A stretch of DNA of 64,000 nt from Octopus sinensis. Lineage: Eukaryota. The DNA lies in assembly GCF_006345805.1 (NCBI RefSeq), contig NC_043007.1:14012001-14076000 (forward strand), in the 5' to 3' direction. The position numbers and the translations under genes are program-made. Shown piece after piece: positions 11,440-23,199 of this stretch (its first letter is position 1; the number at the start of each line of letters is the position of its first letter). The notes under the pieces were generated by a model that worked only from the letters and a program-made list of their open reading frames with translations, made no database searches and was not told where the DNA came from.

Positions 11440-11640
11440 TCTTCTGCTTTTTCCAGCCATTGGTCTGTGGCCATGCTGGGGCAATGCCTTGAAGAATGTG
11501 TTTAATGAATCAACTCCAGTTTTTATTTTTGTAAGCATTGTACTTATTCTTTCTGTTTCCTTTGTCAAACCACTAGGTGACAGGGATTTAAACAAACCAA
11601 CATTCGTTGTCAAGCAGTGGTGGAGGACAATCACAAGCAC
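11440..11640 (-). mobile_element. Old SINE family B, 3' half
   Basis: Degenerate GTGGCCATGCTGGGGCAATGCC...GTCAAGCAGTGG. Confidence 0.65.
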
Positions 11641-11728
11641 AACACACACACACACACACACATACATGCATACACATATACACACATACATACATACATA
11701 CATATATATATGTGTGTATATATATATA

Positions 11729-11988
11729 TTGCAGCGAGGAAGGTGTTGTAAGCCATTTAAGAAACACACACAAACCGTTACATTCATTCAACATTTAAAT
11801 TTAATTTGCCAAAATAATTTTCGTCGTCGCTTTGAGACGCGACCTGTTCACTGACAAAAATATCGTGCTAACAGGTCGCGGTCTCAAAACGACGAAAATA
11901 TTTTGACAAATTAAATTTAAATGTTGAAGTGAATCTAACGGTTTTTGTGTGTTTCTTAAATGGCTTATAAACACCTTCAACGCTGCAA
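11729..11988. repeat. Long inverted repeat, about 120-bp arms, 21-nt spacer
   Basis: TTGCAGCG..AAGGTGTT..CCATTTAAGAAACACAC...GCGACCTGTT (to 11848) / AACAGGTCGC...CTTAAATGGCTTA..CACCTTCAACGCTGCAA (from 11870). Confidence 0.9.
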
Positions 11989-12150
11989 CTGTTTTTCGTT
12001 CCAGCACACGATCTCAGATCAAGTCACTTGCTATGCAAGTACATCTCTGTAACTATATATATATTTATATATATATATATATGTATATTGGTAAAAACAG
12101 TAAGATAACAAAAGAAAGAAAGAGACCTCAATATATGTAAATAGAGGAAA

Positions 12151-12543
12151 TCTTTATATATAAAGTGAGGTTGTGTGTCTGTCTCCTACGATTTAGATTC
12201 CTAACTACTCCCACATTTTGCGGTGCAGTTTAACCAAAACCGGGTATCTTATAGTCGTGATTCATATCGAGACCGTCTGGGTATTAGCGCGCGTCTACGA
12301 TGAGTCTACGATTTAAAAAAAAATTTACCATCAATTTTTCCCATTTTTAATCCATTTTTGACATATATAAGGGAAGTAACTCTCTAAAAATTTATTATTA
12401 ATCTCAGAACGTAAAAGCTACAGTAACAACCCCTCCCCCTTTGTGGTTAGCCATATTGAGATGGCTATTATACTTTACATCTCTAAAAATGCTTATATAA
12501 TTATTCCCTTACAAACCCGAGCAACGCCGGGCGATACTGCTAG
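12151..12543 (+). mobile_element. Non-autonomous Helitron
   Basis: 5' TC(TTTATATATAAAG), 3' hairpin CCCGAGCAACGCCGGG then CTAG; inserted between A12150 and T12544 with no TSD. Confidence 0.85.
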
Positions 12544-12639
12544 TATATATATAATTATACATATATATATATGTATATATATATACGTATGTATGTATGT
12601 ATGAATGAATGCATGTATGTATGTATATATACACACGAC

Positions 12640-12775
12640 GGGCTTTCAGTTTCCATCTACCAAATCCGCTGACAAGGCTTTGGTCGGCCCGAGGCTATAG
12701 TAGAAGACACTTGCCCAAGGTGCCACGCTGTGGGACTGAAACCGGAACCATGTGGTTGGGAAGCAAGCTTCTTAT
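12640..12775 (-). mobile_element. SINE family B, 5' half
   Basis: TTTCAGTTTCCATCTACC...GGAACCATGTGGTTGGGAAGCAAGCT. Confidence 0.8.
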
Positions 12776-12960
12776 TTCTTTATTGCCCACAAGGGGCTAA
12801 ACGCAGAGAGGACAAACAAGGACAGACAAAGGGATTAAGTCGATTACATCGACTCCAGTGCGTAACTGGTACTTAATTTATCGACCTCAAAAGGATGAAA
12901 GGCAAAGTCGAAATATGGCTACGCATTTCGCCCGGCGTGCTAACATTTCTGCCAATTCTT
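12775..12960 (-). mobile_element. SINE family A, internally deleted
   Basis: TTATTTCTTTATTGCCCACAAGGGG...GGCAAAGTCGA joined to CGCATTTCGCCCGGCGTGCTAAC. Confidence 0.8.
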
Positions 12961-12989
12961 ACCATACAGCCACCTATATATATATATAT

Positions 12990-13074
<85 letters not shown>

Positions 13075-13076
13075 TC

Positions 13077-13108
<32 letters not shown>

Positions 13109-13397
13109 AGGTATACTTGCCATCTCAATATGGCTAACCACTAAGGGTGGGTGTTACTATAGCTTGTAGCTCCAGGGAATCGTCTCCAGCTGGCTTTAGG
13201 CACCTTTCTGTGCACTTATGGTATTTGCAAAGGGAGGTCACCCTTCCTCGTCAACCTAAGTGATACGCACGGACTGCAGTTTTCTAGGTTTTGACCTGTC
13301 ATTAACGTACGACAATCACCGGTTTTCGATGAAAAGGTTTCCAATGCAAATCCTTATATCGTTTTCCAGTAAACTTTTCGTCACTATATATATTTAT

Positions 13398-13436
<39 letters not shown>

Positions 13437-13583
13437 ATATCTATATATATATTATATTAATTTTAAAATAGGATAAAATCTTTGTAAGAATTTATCATGT
13501 AGTTAGCGTGAAAAAAACCTCATAAGAGAAAAAATTCACCAATATTTTCACTTAGATATATTTATTTATATTATATAGAGGGT

Positions 13584-13868
13584 ATTACTATACAATAATG
13601 CCACACGCTAGGAGGGACTCTTAAAGTCAAAATTACCAAAATAAATAAACACATCGTACCGAATGCAACTCTAGAAGCAAATCATTTAAAAACAAAATTT
13701 AGCTGCATATCACTGCATGCACTAATTATGAAATCACAGTGATATGCAGCTAAATTCTGTTTTTAAATGACGTGCTTCGAGAGTTGCATTCGGTACGATG
13801 TGTTTATTCATTTTGGTAGTTTTTACTTTAAGAGTCCCTCCTAGCGTGTGGCATTATTGTATAATAAT
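13584..13868. repeat. Long inverted repeat, about 132-bp arms, 21-nt spacer
   Basis: ATACAATAATGCCACACGCTAGGAGGGACTCTTAAAG...GCATATCACTG (to 13715) / CAGTGATATGC...GAGTCCCTCCTAGCGTGTGGCATTATTGTAT (from 13737). Confidence 0.9.
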
Positions 13869-13895
13869 GCTCTCTATAATATATATATATACACA

Positions 13896-13969
<74 letters not shown>

Positions 13970-13972
<3 letters not shown>

Positions 13973-14465
13973 TGATAAATAAAATATATGCATACATACA
14001 TATATGTACGTACCTACATCTACATGCATATATAAATATATATATGTGAGTACAGGACACCAAAAATAGACGTAGAACTAACGAGAAAGGAAAACGTAAA
14101 AACAAACATAGAACGGACTTTTTTTAAACAACGAAAAAACAGAGTACAACACAAACAATACAAGGAAAATTCCCTTCATTCAGCTGCCCCTAGTTTCGAC
14201 TCATGCGTGTTTCCTCCAAGGTAAGGACAGTACACGACTCGTCGAACTGGCCCCTCCTGCGAAAGAATTAATAACATTCCTTTGCAGAGGGTAAAAACAA
14301 GGAAAGAAAAAATGTGACTAAACCAGGACGTAAAAACAATACAATAAAAATACAAATACAAAAAAATACAGTACAAGTAAAGAATAAAATGCATGTATAT
14401 ATAAATGTAGATGTAGGTACGTATATATATGTATGTACGTAAGCATATATTTTTATTTATATTTA
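13970..14465. mobile_element. TA-flanked element with about 70-bp terminal inverted repeats, related to 52529-53684
   Basis: ATAAATAAAATATATGC..GTACGTACCTACATCTACAT vs ATGTAGATGTAGGTACGT..GCATATATTTTTATTTAT; interior TACAGGACACCAAAA and TTTGCAGAGGGTAAAAA shared with 52600-52880. Confidence 0.65.
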
Positions 14466-14568
14466 TTGCATGACTGAGCGCCCTTGCGTCGTTTCGTTTT
14501 TTCTTTCTGTTCCCAAGTAGTTTTATGATATATATATTATATATATATTATATATATATATATATTAT

Positions 14569-14605
<37 letters not shown>

Positions 14606-14638
14606 GATATATATATATATATATAATATATATATATA

Positions 14639-15055
14639 GTGCAGGAGTGGCTGTGGGCAAGTAGCTTGTTTACCAACCACATGGTTGCGGGTTCAGTCCC
14701 CATGCGTGCCACCTTGGGCATGTGTCTTCTACTATAGCCTCGAGCCGACCAAAGCCTTGTGAGTGGATTTGTAGACGGAAACTGAAAGAAGCCCGTCGTA
14801 TATATGTATATATATATATATATATGTGCGTGTGTGTGTTTGTGTTTGTCTGTGTTTGTCCCCCTAGCATTGCTTGACAACCGATGCTGGTGTGTTTATG
14901 TCCCCGTTACTTAGCGGTTCGGCAAAAGATACCGATAGAATAAGTACTGGGCTTACAAAAGAATAAGTCCCGGGGTCGAGTTGCTCGATTGAAAGGCGGT
15001 GCTCCAGCATGGCCGCAGTCAAATGACTGAAACAAGTAAAAGAGTAAAAGAGTAA
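14639..15055 (+). mobile_element. SINE family B
   Basis: Full head-CORE-microsatellite-tail organisation. Confidence 0.9.
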
Positions 15056-15935
15056 TACACACACACACACACACACACAACACAAACACATACACACACA
15101 GAGGGAGAGAGAGAGAGATCACAAAAGGAGTGTCTGCACAATTTTCCAGTTTCAATGACAAGACAGAACTTTGATGAACTTGTCTAAGGACTGGGCAAAA
15201 CTAATTTATTGCATGCGAGATAGTGGAATTTATGAGTTCTTGCCTAGCTTCCTTCCATTTCTCCCTCCCTCCTGACACCCTAGCTCTCACATTTTTACGT
15301 TTTTTTTTTTCCTTGTCCCTTTCACTATTTCCCTTTCTACGTCTATCCCTTTCTCTCTCTGCTTCTCTCTCGCAATGTCCTTTTTTTTTGTCTGTCATAC
15401 AATGGAAAGGTTTCGTGTTATGAGAGCCAATGTAGTTATGAGGTCAACCAGCTGGACTAGTAACCTCGTGGTCAAATGTTCTAATTTTACAGCTTCTATT
15501 GTGTGTGGTGGCGTGTCTACCCTTCTTCGCTCCATAATACACATTACTCTTCTTTTCTTAGCTGTCAACTTGTTCCACTCCTACTTCACAGATGACTGCT
15601 TAACCGTTGCTGTAAAAACAATTTACACAAATAATTGGCAAAAGCCCTCATTTGCAAACTCTCATCCCGAATTGGATGAAATGCAGAGAATAGAAAATAC
15701 ATTTATATCAATTATATATGTTTGTGCGTGTGTGTTGTGTAGGTGTGTATAAATGTGAATGTGTGTGAACGGGTGTGAGTGTGTGTGTGTGTGTGGTTGT
15801 TGGTGGAAGTTCATTTTTTTTTGGAGGGGGGTTCATTTAATTGTGGCAAACAGAAATACGAAACTCAGAGTAGTGATGTATGGGGGGGGGAGACACAGCT
15901 TCAAATAACTTGTATAGTTTGTGGAATTATATACA

Positions 15936-16348
15936 GGCGCAGGAGTGGCTGTGTGGTAAGTAGCTTGCTAACCAACCATATGGTTCTGGGTTCAGTCCCA
16001 CTGCGTGGCATCTTGGGCAAGTGTCTTCTGCTAGAGCCCCGGGCCGACCAATGCCTTGTGAGTGGATTTGGTAGACGGAAACTGAAAGAAGCCTGTCGTA
16101 TATGTGTATATATATATATATATGTATACGTGTGTGTTTGTGTGTCTGTGTTTGTCCCCCTAGCATTGCTTGACAACCAATGCTGGTGTGTTTATGTCCC
16201 CGTTACTTAGCGGTTCGGCAAAAGAGACCGATAGAATAAGTACTGGGCTTACAAAAGAATAAGTCCCGGGGTCGATTTGCTCGAATAAAGGCGGTGCTCC
16301 AGCATGGCCGCAGTCAAATGACTGAAACAAGTAAAAGAGAAAAGAGTA
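15936..16348 (+). mobile_element. SINE family B
   Basis: Full head-CORE-microsatellite-tail organisation. Confidence 0.9.
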
Positions 16349-16754
16349 AAAGAGTATATATCCTATTTCATATCCATCGCAGCAATCTTTTAGAGGTGCT
16401 AACTAATTTTTCAGCTACCATCTTTCTATCTTTCTCGTTCATCACGCAATGTTGCCACTCGATTTGTAATATATTACGAACCACTTACCTGGCTTCCAGA
16501 AATCCGGAATTTCCACAAATCCGAGTATTCTGTACAACATCATGCAATATACTATACCCTGTATTGGGTAAACAAACCCTGGTTTTTGAAGCTGGTTAAT
16601 TTGCTTACGGTGTACTAAAAGTAGTTTTGAAGTGGATTGATCAGGATTAAACATATTCTACCTTAGAAACGTATTATTTTTTACCTTTACCTGTTAATTA
16701 AACTCATGTTCTTTATTTTTCTTCCTCTAATTTCCGTCCTGTAATCATTATACC

Positions 16755-17410
16755 TATTTCTTTACTACCCACAAGGGACAAACAAGGACAGACAAACGGA
16801 TTGAGTCGATTATATCGACCCCAGTACCAGTTATATACTGAGGTCGATGTTATCGACTTAATCCGTTTGTCTGTCTTTGTTTGTCTTCTCTGTGTTTAGC
16901 TGGTACTTATTTAATCGACCCCGAAAGGATGAGGCAAAGTCGACCTCGGCGGCGGAATTTGAACTCAGAACGCAGCGGCAGACGAAATACCTATTTCTTT
17001 ACTACCCACCAAGGGGCTAAACACAGAGAAGGGAAAGCAAGGACAGACAAACGGATTTAGAGTCGATTGTATCGACCTCCAGTGCGGAACTGGTACTTAT
17101 TTAATCGACCCCGAAAGATGAAGGCAATGTCGATCTCGGCGGAATTTGAACTCAGAACGCAGCGGCAGAGCGAAATACCTATTTCTTTACTACCCACAAG
17201 GGGCTAAACACAGAGAGGACAAACAAGGACAGACAAACGAATTTAGTCGATTGTATCGACCCCAGTGCGGAACTGATACTTAATTTATCGACCCCGAAAG
17301 GATGAAAGGCAAAGTCGACCTCGGCGGAGTTTGAACTCAGAACGTAGCGGCAGGCGAAAACCGCTAAGCATTTCGCCCGGCGTGCTAACGTTTCTGACAG
17401 CTTGCTGCCT
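16755..17410 (-). mobile_element. SINE family A tandem multimer (about 4-5 units)
   Basis: One head at about 17360-17410 plus repeated body units; junction GAAATACCTATTTCTTTAC at about 16984 and 17172. Confidence 0.88.
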
Positions 17411-17587
17411 CCTGGAAACATTATACCGTATACATAGTACAATATGATATTTTAAGTGGATCAATAAATAACAAACAAACCTTCTTTTCAAAGTGTATTA
17501 GCTGGAATCTCTTCAATGCAATTTATCTCTTCACTTTTCACAGTTTATTTTATATTTATAGTATATATTCATACTGTCTCCAGATAA

Positions 17588-19520
17588 CCGGAAAGTTCAG
17601 AAAACCGGAAAGTCCAGAAACCCGATAAGTCCAGAAAACCGGTAAGTCCAGAAACCCGGGACTCTTTCGGTCCCAAGCTTACTGGATTATTGGTCCGGTA
17701 TTGTATAACTACAAGACTCTTAGTGTTCAAAGTCCAGAAACCCGGGACACTTTCGGTCCCAAGCTTACTAGATTATTGGTCCGGTACTGTATAACTACAA
17801 GACTCTTAGTGTTCAAAGTCCAGAAACCTGGGACACTTTCGGTCCCAAGTTTACTGGATTATTGGTCCAGTACTGTATAACTACAAGACTCTTAGTGTTC
17901 AAAGTCCAGAAACCCGGGACACTTTCGGTCCCAAGCTTACTGGATTATTGGTCCAGTACTGTATAACTACAAGACTCTTAGTGTTCAAAGTCCAGAAACC
18001 TGGGACACTCGGTCCCAGTTTACTGGATTATTGTCCGGTACTGTAAACTACAAGACTCTTAGTGTTCAAGTCCAGAAACCCGGGACACTTTCGGTCCCAA
18101 GCTTACTGGATTATTGGTCTGGTACTGTATAACTACAAGACTCTTAGTGTTCAAAGTCCAGAAACCCGGGACACTTTCGGTCCCAAGCTTACTAGATTAT
18201 TGGTCCGGTACTGTATAACTACAAGACTCTTAGTGTTCAAAGTCCAGAAACCCGGGACACTTCGGTCCCAAGCTTACTAGATTATTGGTCCGGTACTGTA
18301 TAACTACAAGACTCTTAGTGTTCAAAGTCCAGAAACCCGGGACACTTTCGTCCAAGCTTACTGGATTTTGGTCCGGTACTGATAACTACAAGACTCTTAG
18401 TGTTCAAAGTCCAGAAACCTGGGACACTTTCGGTCCCAAGTTACTGGATTATTGGTCCGGTACTGTATAACTACAAGACTCTAGTGTTCAAAGTCCAGAA
18501 ACCGGGACACTTTCGGTCCCAAGCTTACTAGATTATTGGTCCGTACTGTATAACTCCAAGACTCTTAGTGTTCAAAGTCCAGAAACCCGGGACACTTTCG
18601 GTCCCAAGCTTACTAGATTATTGGTCCGGTACTGTATAACTACAAGACTCTTAGTGTTCAAAGTCCAGAAACCCGGGACACTTTCGGTCCCAAGTTTACT
18701 GGATTATTGGTCCGGTACTGTATAACTACAAGACTCTTAGTGTTCAAAGTCCAGAAACCCGGGACACTTTCGGTCCCAAGCTTACTGGATTATTGGTCCG
18801 GTACTGTATAACTACAAGACTCTTAGTGTTCAAAGTCCAGAAACCCGGGACACTTTCGGTCCCAAGCTTACTGGATTATTGGTCGGTACTGTATAACTAC
18901 AAGACTCTAGTGTTCAAAGTCCAGAAACCCGGACACTTTCGGTCCCAGCTTGCTAGATTATTGTCCGGTACTGTATAACTACAAGACTCTTAGTGTTCAA
19001 AGTCCAGAAACCGGGGACATTCGGTCCCAAGCTTGCTAGATTATTGGTCCGGTACTGTATAACTACAAGACTCTTAGTGTTCAAAGTCCAGAAACCCGGG
19101 ACACTTTCGGTCCCAAGCTTGCTAGATTATTGGTCCGGTACTGTATAACTACAAGACTCTTAGTGTTCAAAGTCCAGAAACCCGGGACACTTTCGGTCCC
19201 AAGCTTGCTAGATTATTGGTCCAGTACTGTATAACTACAAGACTCTTAGTGTTCAAAGTCCAGAAACCCGGGACACTTTCGGTTCCAAGCTTACTGGATT
19301 ATTGGTCCGGTACTGTAATAACTACAAGACTCTTAGTGTTCAAAGTCCAAAACCGGGACACTTTCGGTCCCAAGCTTGCTAGATTATTGGTCCGGTACTG
19401 TATAACTACAAGACTCTTAGTGTTCAAAGTCCAGAAACCCGGGACACTTTCGGTCCCAAGCTTGCTAGATTATTGGTCCAGTACTGTATAACTACAAGAG
19501 TCTTAGAGTTCAAAGCTAGA
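17588..19520. repeat. 86-bp satellite array (about 22 copies) preceded by about 17-bp precursor repeats
   Basis: Unit AAGTCCAGAAACCCGGGACACTTTCGGTCCCAAGCTTACTGGATTATTGGTCCGGTACTGTATAACTACAAGACTCTTAGTGTTCA; e.g. starts at 18661 and 18747. Confidence 0.97.
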
Positions 19521-20124
19521 AATTTAGTGTCATATGTAACAAGATTGATGTCTCTAAAGTAACGCTAATTTTATTAATATTTAACATGCTTTGTATCGGG
19601 AGACAGTTGGATTTTCAAATAAATTCTAACACATCCATCGCTTACTCCGTTCATGTTTCTGTTTATACATTGATTTTTTTTAAAATTCTTTTCCCAAATT
19701 TCAAACCAAAGACACCGTTACTTGTAACTTCCATCGGTGATTGATTGTTTGCTGTAGAAAGCATTGCAAAAAAGATTGTCTGTGGAATGCAATATAAGGG
19801 ATAAGTCACTGGTCGATCAAGACAAGGCTGTCGACTTGGTGATTACTATACGAGAACAACGGAGGAGATGCGACTAAATATTGGATAGTTTAAGTAGGAA
19901 AGGAAACGCGGCTGGTTTTCTTATTAACTGTTGAAAGTCAGAAATGATGAATGCATATTATGGCAATCCATCCATCCAGAGGGGGGAAAAATGTAAGTGT
20001 GGGCAAGCAGGGCGACTTTTATACGGTCACACGCACACACACACACGCAGAGGTTTCATAATACAAATAGGAAAAAAGAACTCAAAATATGAATGTGTGT
20101 GTGTGTATATATATATATGTATGT

Positions 20125-20294
<170 letters not shown>

Positions 20295-20544
20295 TATATT
20301 ATATTTAATTGGCAGAAGTTACAAGTACATGCATGTACACACGCGCATACATGCATATATATATATATATATATATATATCGACCTCAGTATATAACTGA
20401 TATTATTTGTAACAGATAGGAGAAACAGTTTAGAAAGCAACAATTGAACACTTCCAGACAAAAATGACAGATTTATTAAATACCTGGTTAAATTATAATG
20501 AATTATCATGGACTAACTTTATTTGTTGGTAGACATATTTTAAC

Positions 20545-21060
20545 TGAGAGATCTGCTGTTAAAACGCGTGAAATTTGTTGCTACAGACGGATGTGACATC
20601 TGTTGTTAAACTATAGATGTGATATTTGTTGTTAGCAAATAGATGTAAAATATTGTTAACAGATGAATAACAAAACTGTTGTTATACCCGTCAAATATGT
20701 TGTTAGCAGCTTGACGTCAATACATTAACATAAAGATGTTAAATCTATTTTAGTAAATATTTGTCAAATCTGTCGTTAACCGATGATTATGAAACCTGTT
20801 GTCAAGCGATATATTTAAAATTAATTGTTTTTTTTTTGTAGGGGCAGGGATGCGATAAATGTCAAATTTATTGAGAGCAAATAGATGTCAAAATATGTTG
20901 TTGCCTAGAGATACATTATGCTGAATTTATTATATAACAGACGGTTGTTAAATCTCTTTCTGTAAAAATCTTTTATGTGTAAAATCTGTTAGCAAGTTGA
21001 TATCAAACATTTAATAGATTGATTGTAAAAAAAAAAATCTATGGTTAGCAGATATATGTC
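20545..21060. repeat. Degenerate minisatellite (TGTTGTTA..AGATGT-type units)
   Basis: Recurrent CTGTTGTTA / TTGTTGTTAGC / TAGATGT words at about 20-25 nt spacing. Confidence 0.6.
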
Positions 21061-21089
21061 ATATCTATAAGCAGATACGGTCAATATAA

Positions 21090-21396
21090 TTGTTGTTGTT
21101 CCTTCTGGAGCCACGCCTGGCTCATAAGGGCCGATTCCCCGGTTTCCTCTGCGTATAGGTTCCCCAACTGGACGGGACGCCGGTCCGTCGCAGGTGAGCT
21201 GCAAGATGCAAGAGGAAAGAGTGGGAGAAAGTTGTGGCGAAAGAATCAGTAGAAGTTCGCCATTACCTTCTGCCGGAGCCGCGTGGAGCTTAGGTGTTTC
21301 GCTCATAAACAAACACATCACCCGGTCTGAGATTCGAACCCGCGATCCCTCGACCGCGAGTCCGCTGCTCTAACCACTAGGCCATGTGCCGCCTCA
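21090..21396 (-). mobile_element. tRNA-derived SINE, family D, with (AAC)n tail
   Basis: Reverse complement of GAGGCG..ATGGCCTAGTGGTTAGAGCAGCGGACTCGCGGTCGAGGGATCGCGGGTTCGAATC head; tail ...GGCTCCAGAAGGAACAACAACA. Confidence 0.85.
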
Positions 21397-21404
21397 GATG
21401 CCAG

Positions 21405-21615
21405 TATAAATAGCTCTCAATAAAACCAGCTGACAATATAACTATCTACCAATACAACTAGCTGCAAATATCACTAGATGACAATATGACTAGCTGTCGA
21501 TATAACTGGCTACTAATATAACTAGCTGTCAATAAAACCCAGGTAACTAGCTGTATATATAATTACCTATTAATATAACTAGCTGTCAAGCTATAGAGCA
21601 AGCTATCAATGTAAC
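21405..21615 (+). repeat. Minisatellite of ATAACTAGCTGTCAAT-type units; inverted copy at 22083-22385
   Basis: Repeated ACTAGCTG words; complementary CAGCTAGTT words at 22089-22130 and 22356-22378. Confidence 0.7.
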
Positions 21616-21929
21616 AAGCTTTCAGAACTATTGTGTAGTTTCATTCCAAGGAAGTGTTTAAAGATGGTTTCTTATGTTTCTTCAACTGAAATATATTGAT
21701 TTACGCTCCTCGACGCCATTTGTCGGATAATTCACAATCCTTGTTTGTTATTGTTGTTGCTGCTGCTGGTGCTACTATTTAGCGCCAACTCAACCCCAGT
21801 TGAGCACCACTTTGATCCTAGCCGTTCCAATCATGACCATCCCACCCTTTTGACGATCTGCATTTTTATATGTAACCCTCTCTTTCCAAGTTTAAATTGA
21901 AAATAACTTTCTAGTAGAAGGTTAAATGG

Positions 21930-22080
21930 CGAACTTCTGCTGACTCTTTCACCACAAATTTCTCTCACTCTTTCCTCCTGCATCTTGCAGCTCACCTGCG
22001 ACGGATCGGCGTCCCGTCCAGGTGGGGAACCTATATGCCAAGGAAACCGGTAACCGGCCCCTATGAGCCAGGAATGGCTC
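21930..22080 (+). mobile_element. SINE family D, 3' part
   Basis: CTCACCTGCGACGGATCGGCGTCCCGTCCAGGTGGGGAACC matches the 21090-21396 tail. Confidence 0.8.
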
Positions 22081-22147
22081 GATACTGGCAGCTAGTTGTA
22101 TTGATAGTCAGTTATGATGGCAGCTAGTTATTTTGTTATATAGTTAT

Positions 22148-22352
22148 TTTGGTACAAGGCCAGTAAGTTTGAGGAGGGGGAAAGTCGATTACATTGACCC
22201 CACTACTCAGCTGGTACTTATTTTATCGATCCCGAAAAAAGATGAAAGGCAAAGTCGACCACGGCGGAATTTGAACTCAGAACGTCAAGATAGACGAAAT
22301 GCCGCTTAGCATTATGCTCAGCGAGCTAACGATTCTGCCAGTTCGCCGCCTT
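22148..22352 (-). mobile_element. SINE family A (alternative tail)
   Basis: GGTACAAGGCCAG..GAAAGGCAAAGTCGACC..CTGCCAGTTCGCCGCC. Confidence 0.8.
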
Positions 22353-22699
22353 AACAGCTGGTTATATTGACAGCTATTAATATTTACTCCACTTTACTCC
22401 AAATTGAACCTGGAAACGTATGTTAACGGGCCTTCAAACAACAGATTGATCTGCGGGCTGGTTCGTCTCTTTGGAAGCTCTTTTCCATATCCATCTTTGT
22501 AATTAAATGTTTTTACAAACCTCAGTGTGACAGACCTAACCCTTCATCTGGCTTAGCACCAACACTTTGTCCTTGGCTACCTTTAACAGAATCTGTTCTG
22601 TTGCAAACATTTGAACAAAGTCTTCAGTTGAAAAAGGCTCCAGTTTTGGAGGCTTTGAAAAGAGACATTGATGCCGGATTGTTTCCTCTAACTAAATCT

Positions 22700-22950
22700 T
22701 ATTATATTTCGTTTTTGGACTTGGTTTGCTAGATTCTTTATATGAGTTCGTCTGTTGAAGCATATTCTGTTGTGTCTGGGGAGTCATTTTCTTTTTGTTC
22801 CTTATTACAAAACTATTGCAAAGGTTGCAAGACGCAACGAAAATTTTAGGACAATAAAAATCAGAAAAAAGGGGAAATTTTACCGGTGAGTGTGTTACAT
22901 AATAAGGCACAAAAAGAAAATGACTCTCCCCAGACACAACAGAATAATCT
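22700..22950. mobile_element. Fold-back element family (other copies at 32805-33135 and 39304-39600)
   Basis: Shared unit TTTCGTTTTTGGA(C/T)TTGGTTTGC..ATATTCTGTTGTGTCTGGGGA plus inverted TCCCCAGACACAACAGAATA. Confidence 0.8.
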
Positions 22951-23199
22951 TATTATTTTAATATCTGTAAGGTCGACACTTAACCCAGTTTCTGCAGTAT
23001 CAAATTTCCCTTTGAATATGGTACTAGCCTGTTATAGCTAGCTTTCAGTGACGTGCTGCACCCATTTCTTCACAGCAAGTTAAAAGTATCAAAAAATAGA
23101 ATCACAAGCCCTAAGATATAACGAAATGTATGCTGCGGATTTGAACTTACAACCAATTGGTTGGTAGTTCTAATGCAAAATCTAACAGACAATTCCTTT

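Noticed and set aside
15375-15752. 125-aa plus-strand ORF in unique sequence
   Set aside because: No recognisable motif, no donor site, and it ends in a (TG)n tract; insufficient support
17643-19520. 86-bp array as a CRISPR array, a coding repeat or a twister ribozyme (CGGTCCCAAGC resembles the twister L4 region)
   Set aside because: No unique spacers or cas genes; the ORFs are repeat read-throughs; the twister 5' UAA/P2 and 3' GAGGG partners are absent, and there is no hammerhead core on either strand
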